From positions 1 through 52,050 of the forward strand of contig JAUCBJ010004247.1 of NCBI GenBank assembly GCA_032718475.1: a stretch of DNA of 52,050 nt. Reading direction: 5' to 3'. Of this stretch, positions 45,553 through 52,050 are shown piece by piece. Position numbers and translations under genes: made by a program. Source of the stretch: Nemertoderma westbladi (taxonomy: Eukaryota; Animalia; Xenacoelomorpha). Numbering within the stretch: position 1 is the stretch's first letter; the number at the start of each line of letters is the position of its first letter. The notes beneath the pieces were generated by a model. That model worked only from the letters and a program-made list of their open reading frames with translations. It did not search any database and was not told where the DNA came from.

Positions 45553-46879
45553 ATTTATTTGATAGAATAAAATAGCCTCGCTCATATGCAAAACCATATG
45601 CAAGTTTTAAACGCTGATATCTCAGCTATTTTAAGACTGAAATTTAGATTATGTTACATATTTGGGATCCTTGTACAACCAGCTTTCCGCTAGTACCTAC
45701 AAATCACTATAAGGTTGAAGAATAAATGCGGTGTAATTGGCGCAATATCGTCGAAGACACTATTTTCAAAAGCTTGTAGCTAAAGAATGAAAGCGAAAAT
45801 AAAAATTATGGCTCACCCAGCAAGGAGGAGGGAGATGAAACTATCTCTGTTTCTAATTTCATGCAATCTAATTACGATTTGTAAAAAAAATTTGGGGGTG
45901 GGGGCATGTACCTGAATAACGACACTATATTCCAGGACATGGTGTAAGTAGATGGAATATTTACCCTATCCTACAGATAGTTCGCATCGCCTCTACTTCT
46001 GCAATCGAACTAAAATGGCCAAAAAACGAATACCAAATATATCAGAAAATAATACACATGTTGCAAATTTAACTAAACGTTCACTGAGCATTAACCTCTG
46101 GGTGTGGAAAAATAACTAAACGTTTACTGAGCATTCCCTTTGGAGACAGGGGGGGGGGGGGGGGGACTCGACGCAAAACCCGCCTTGGCGAATTAATATC
46201 CCGCCACAATGTTAATTTCTCAATTTAGGGAAAGGAGCAAGTTACAGTGGCACGTTATTTTAACCAAAACAATAAACTAAACACAATAGAACAGGCTACT
46301 GTTTTATTTTTGAGAGTAATCAGCTGTTATTTGCGTCGAATTTCCCCAGGAGAGGGATGAATTTTTATTGATAATAGTTCCCCCCCCCCCCCCCTATCTG
46401 TACCTTTGGGTGTGGAAAATTAACAATAACCTCGACTATGAATCGATGACAATTACATGGTAAGCGCCAAATGTAACTTATATTAGTATTCCAAGTAGTG
46501 TAAATCCTACAACATTCAATAGCGGCCAAATCCCAAACTGGGCTACCGTAGAAACTTGTAGCATACAGTACAAACTTTGCACATTAGAGACGCACCGGGG
46601 CGGGGGTGTGCAAATGAAAATTCTTGTCTCAAATTTGCAAGTTAATGCACCTCTCTTGCGCTGAATGTCACGATTTACTGTATATTTATATTATTATTAT
46701 TATTTATTGCAGAACTAAATCCATAAACAGAATAATTACACATATTACATTGAAATCAATAAAAACAAAGATAAATGATTGACAGCCTATACTATAACAG
46801 TTACAACATGGAAGCATCTCTCATTAACCGAAGTCGGCTGTGGCTATAGCTATTATAATACGCTCATAATATATATATA

Positions 46880-48900
46880 ATATTAACAAACGCTCCCGCC
46901 AAAGGTAAAAAATGGGAAACATTCAAGAAGGCAAAGAAACTCATACGTCGGTTACACAATCACCTTGTAAAGGAAAAGATACAGCACAACTTACGGCATG
47001 CTGCAATGAACCATAGACATGACCCACACAAGTTCTGGGACTTCTTCAAGAAGAAAGGGCCGCAAAGAATACCGAGATCCGTACAGGAATCGATAACAAA
47101 CTCACATATCTGTTCGGCTAACATGAACCACAGCACAAACGGTAACACACAAACGGACACAATTAGAATGGAAGTTCTAAAATTGAGTCAACAGGAGAGC
47201 ATTCCTACAGTGTCACCTGACGTAATTAAACTAGCGGTGAGGCACTTGGCCAGGCGAAAGTCTCCAGATATAAACTCTCTGACGGTTGAACACCTGCTCC
47301 ATACTGATCCAGACAAAACAACACTTCTACTGAGTAATATACTCAACTGTTGCTTCCGGCTTGGTAAGGTTCCAACGTCATTTGGAAAGACAACCACAAC
47401 GTACATCTACAAGGGCAACAAGAGGAATACATTACAACCGAACTCGTATAAAAAATCGACCAATTTCCATTGTCAGCCTACTCGCAAAGGTACTGTATAT
47501 GAGTACACTGTACTGAATAATTTCCTCCGAGAGGTCAACACACAGGGACTCACAAGTAACTACCAATGTGGATACAAAAAAAAGGCTGGGACTGACATGG
47601 TGATTGCTTGTATACTGGAATGTATGGAATATTTCAATCAGGGTGTATCACCGCTTTACATTTGCAAACTCGATATATCATCTGCATTTGACGAAGTAAA
47701 CCACAACATTTTATTCAATAAATTGAAAGGCAAAATTAACTCTCACATACTTCTAACCCTCATTGATTACTACTCTGTCTCCATGATATACCTCAAGTTT
47801 AACGGAATCATTTATGACGGTCCAATTGAAATTTATAAGGGGGTGAAACAGGGATCACTATTATCACCAACACTTTTTAATATCTACACCTGCAATATTC
47901 TCACGAAATTAGAGGAGTCTGGACTAGGTTGTTGGATTACATCCACATGGTTAGGAGCACTATGTTACGCTGATGACATAATTTTGTTAACTACCACTCA
48001 ATCAGACATGGAGTCAATGGTTAGCATCGCGATATCGGAAGCAAACACCTTAAACTTGAAAATTGAACCCTCTAAATCCAACTGGATGCACACATCACAA
48101 AAATCTCCCACAACTTTCATCAAAATTAATGGTGTACTGGTCCCTGAGTCAGACTCAATTAAATTTTTGGGTGTGGAAATAACCAAAAACAAGTTCAATA
48201 ATCTCTCAAGCAAATGCATCAGGGTGATATCCGCGATAGCTGGAGCTTTCCATAAAAATGGATGGTCAGTACGAAACCAGGACATCGACACCGTGGCTTA
48301 CCTCTGGAGAATGGTTGCCATACCTGCCATCCTATACGGTCTTAAGTTCTACATAGGAGGGATGTCAGACACACAAATACATCATCTGGAGGTGCATTAC
48401 CGCAAACAACTGCGGGGACTACTATCCCTGGGGACGTACGTAAACAACACAACCATTTACAACCTATTTAACTCCAACTTTCTAACCTGGCCCTAACTCA
48501 TGCCATAGGGACTTTAATCAACATATATAAATGTCCCATTCCACCGGTTCAAACCACCCTACTTATCACCATGCAACTGAATAAACGACGGAGATATAAA
48601 GGAGTCGACAGTGTCTATCACCTAACCAGCAGTAGGTGTGCAATGCCGGCGCTAATGACAATGCTGACATCCAGATTTGATAAAAAAAGAATTGCATCTC
48701 GTCTTGACATGGGAAAATTAACCTGCCTGGAGACAATTAACTTGAATTTCATTAGGAACACTTATAAGATCTCAAACATCACTTTCAACCAAAAACACGA
48801 CAGGATCATACAGTATTTCAGTAAACATAATGAAACAAACTCACCGATTTTTAATACCCAATAATGTAAATATAAACCTGATTTTATTATGAAATGCCCC
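46880..48900 (+). mobile_element. Degenerate RTEX/RTE-group-like LINE (RT ORF 47006-48496)
   Basis: LDISSAFD, GVKQGSLLSPTLFNIY, LCYADDIILL, IKFLGV, PAILYG. No endonuclease domain; frameshifts present. Confidence 0.85.
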
Positions 48901-49008
48901 TGTGCCTAGCACATTTTAAGATGTTGAATTGTACTTATAATATTATGGGTTTTATTTCTACAATAATTGTTAATATTGTAATTTGTCATTTTATATGATC
49001 TTATATGA

Positions 49009-49440
49009 TTAAATAAAAATAATAGAGTTATTGCACTGGTCGATGCGACTAAATAATGACTCTATTGCACTTACTCTGATGTGAATAAATTTGGGTAAAC
49101 CAATAGTACCAAACATAAGCGAAACACTACAATCATATGGAAAACCAAAAAAGCGCCTGGCAGCATTATTATACGCTACCTTAATGTTATTATAAACCAC
49201 GATAGAATAATTCAACCTAGACCATAAGCTACTACAATAGAACTGAGTACAAAAGGAGCGGAATAACTTTGTTTTGACATGTACCGAACAACTTGCAAAT
49301 TTCCTAATTATGGTGTTCGCCCTACGGTAGAAACAATGTAACTGATTTAAAATATTGCAATCTTCATCTGTACTAGACGTTTAAATATGTCCTAAGTATT
49401 TAATCCTATTAACCACCGCTATTTTAAAACCGTTGTTAAT
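49009..49440 (-). mobile_element. RTEX-like LINE 3' fragment, tail-to-tail with the previous LINE
   Basis: IKYLGHI..FYRRAN.IIRKF..CS..VK.KLFRSFC..FYCS.LW..KVAYNNA.R. Confidence 0.75.
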
Positions 49441-50181
49441 TGACACTTGACCTACCACATTGTTATTGCACGACTTTGGAAAGACTTTTCCCTCTCTTTG
49501 ATTTACTGGTGTTTGGTTAAATTTCTTAGATACCGAGTTTGTGATACAGTAGAATCGCTCAATATTAATCTGTATCTCATAACACTGAGCTTCGTGCTGC
49601 AGGAAGGCCCCACGGACGTGTTATGGTGCATTAATGACTTAGATAAGATAAGATGAACACACAGATACAGTATAAATAATTTGAGGTCTTTAGTAATCGG
49701 ATTTGACAATAAAAACAAAATAAAAACAATCAATCGATATGTAGTTTGAAATCAAAAAGGGATGAAATGGGATCTGCCCTGCTACAGTAGGCCTATACTT
49801 ATCTCATTTTGTATATCTTATATGGCAAATGTTACAACCAACAAAGATAGTCTTAAGTGACTTGTTGTCTGATATATAAAATTAAAATATAACAATAAAC
49901 TTACTTATTGCACGGTAAATAAAATAAATAATTTACCATATGGGCTCTCTATCTATCTTATTAACCTCGCTCACTGCGTCCGCTCGACTTTGGGACGAGC
50001 GGCAATGCAACTTAGTAATATTTTATTTACAGTACAAGTACAATAAATAGTTATAAACCTAACAATATGAATATTAATTTTAAATTGATTTTACTTTTGT
50101 ATTTAGTTAGATACAGCAGTATACCATCCTAACCAGTACATTACTTTTAAATAAATAAGTCAATAATCCAGTTAAAGCCTA

Positions 50182-50797
50182 CAGTACGAATTTAATTATG
50201 CATTCCCCTGGATTCATATTGGCCAATATGGGTCCAAGTGTATCTCTCAGAAAATTGTCTTCCAAAAGAGAGTATTTTTACTTTAGTCCAATGGGACAGC
50301 GGTGCGTATCAAAGCTAGCCAACTACCTTTATAAAATGTCAATCATTCAATGGCAAGTGCTCTGATATGGGACTGGTTGTTGCGCTAAAAGGGCGCCCTG
50401 CCCTATTGCTGTCTCTGCTAGCCATATGCTATCTGAGCCTAGCTACTCTAGGCTTGCTTCCACCTATGCCTTTGTAATGTATCATGGTTTCCTAAACCCT
50501 AATTAATTTAAATGTAAAGGCCGTTAGTTAATTAATTAATTATATCAATCAAGTATTATTCCCGAAAACATTTGTTAGTAAACCAGCCTAAACGCGTTAG
50601 GTTCAAATTAAATTCAACATGGAGTTCCATGAAAACGTTAACTCTAACTTTATCCAAGTGCCCGAATGTCTGGTTTCAAGGGTACAGTAGTTTGGCTTGT
50701 AACACAATGTGTAACACAATGTAGTGTGCAATGGGGAAGACATGGATAAAAGTTGGTACATATGCATCCAGGGGAATGGATAATTAAAATGGTACTG
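50182..50797. mobile_element. TA-flanked Tc1/mariner-type MITE
   Basis: TA|CAGTAC..TTAATTATGCATTCCCCTGGAT ... ATCCAGGGGAATGGATAATTAA..GTACTG|TA. Confidence 0.8.
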
Positions 50798-50953
50798 TAT
50801 GTTATACAGCATCAAAATACAGTACTAACAATTGCAACTACTAATTACTAATATTTGGAGACCTCTACTCTTTTAAACTGATAACAATTACGAATATAAA
50901 TTGATTTGGAGACTATTTTTCAGTCAACAGCTCCTAGATATATTTCTGATTTA

Positions 50954-51933
50954 TCAACTTCCTTTTGTCGACGACACTTTTATTCTCCATTGACACAACA
51001 GTAGATATTTTACTCCAGCCCGAAAACCAGAAGAGAAATAAATATATATTATAGGATTTACTCCGCTGGATAAAAGCTTCAAATAATGAAAGATAATGGA
51101 AATCCAAGTATATGTGTGGGAATCTGTTTGATCAAACCAATGAAATAACTTGACGTAATTGCGGATATGGTAGGGGAGCCAGCAGAGCACGAAACAAACC
51201 AAAATTACAATCAACATTACAATTATGCGCATCCGTTCTCTTGTGTGAATCGTTTGTTTATTATGTTGTTTAATAGAGGGGGATTCTGTAATGGATTCCT
51301 TTCTCAGGTTTCTAATGGAACGTATCAGAGTGATGCTTATTTTGGTGTAGAGAATAGACATAACAAAAATAGGAATAAAAAACAGAAATACACTTTCGAA
51401 TATATCAAGTGCTTTCTCCTTATTTGAGTCTATAGTACATGATGTAAGATTTGTAGCATAATATTGAATATCTACATGGGATAACAGGATAACACAATGT
51501 AGGTGATATTGATTGACAATGAAATAATCCATACAGTCACGGCTACTCCAGCAATTATACGCGGCCACAATTGTAGCATTCTGATTAAAAATGGTTTTAC
51601 AATAACTATATATCGTTCAACGCAGATGGCAAGCATGAATAACACAGATGCTGTGGAACTTGTTTTAGAAATGTACCGCCTGAATTTGCAGGCGGTTTCT
51701 CCTAGAACCCACTCAGGGTATTGAGTTGAAAACCACACTATGGTACGAACCCCAGCATTAATCCCAACTAACAGATCGGAAACACTCAAATTCGCCATGA
51801 ATATGTTGGTTGGGTTTTGCATTTCTTTATTAGTGGCAATAACTAATAACAACAATAAGTTCCCAAGGATTATCAGGGCAAATATGTATGAGCCAAAAAT
51901 GACGATAAATATCTGAGTATTATCATAGTCCAT
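50954..51933 (-). pseudogene. Frameshifted duplicate of the class A GPCR at 36938-37969
   Basis: Near identical to copy 1. An 8-bp tandem duplication GGATAACA (51479-51494) splits the ORF after TM4. Confidence 0.85.
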
Positions 51934-52050
51934 CTTCGCTATCTTCTCTATGTTGCAATGTTGTAAAAATTATACTTTGGGTTAGTCGAGATTATTTAAA
52001 TTATAACATTACAATATAGTTATACGTGGAGTATAGGCCTAATATATAAT

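Larger units (their letters stand above)
43414..45944. mobile_element. Foldback element family A, copy 2, flanked by TA (Tc1/mariner-type target)
   Basis: TA|CACCATGTCC...GGACATGGTG|TA. Arms at 43414-43780 and ~45555-45944 are homologous to 24863-26375. Confidence 0.88.

Overview
Repeat-rich, AT-rich eukaryotic genomic DNA; gene content suggests a marine invertebrate animal (inference). Host genes: (1) an 8-exon + strand gene at 1069-22074 (~412 aa if fully spliced) with two I-set immunoglobulin domains and acidic linkers, which the ORF track misses; (2) an intronless BHMT nested in its 4th intron; (3) a GT31 beta-1,3-glycosyltransferase; (4) an intronless HOP2/PSMC3IP; (5) two copies of a class A peptide-type GPCR, one frameshifted. 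The main mobile element is an apparently intact 5.2-kb CRE-clade non-LTR retrotransposon (RT, CCHC knuckle, restriction-like endonuclease). It has an N-terminal CXC-like Cys cluster and a long heptad-repeat low-complexity region, and is inserted with an 11-bp TSD into a 2.9-kb 31-bp minisatellite in intron 5 of the Ig gene. Three more, mutually divergent, 5'-truncated CRE-like elements are present; two of them landed near the centre of two copies of the same long-inverted-repeat element. There is also a Helentron/HINE-like element whose ~146-bp repeats carry CTCF-like motifs, nested palindromes, several MITEs, and CR1-, RTE- and RTEX-like fragments. All calls were made by eye; no searches were run.
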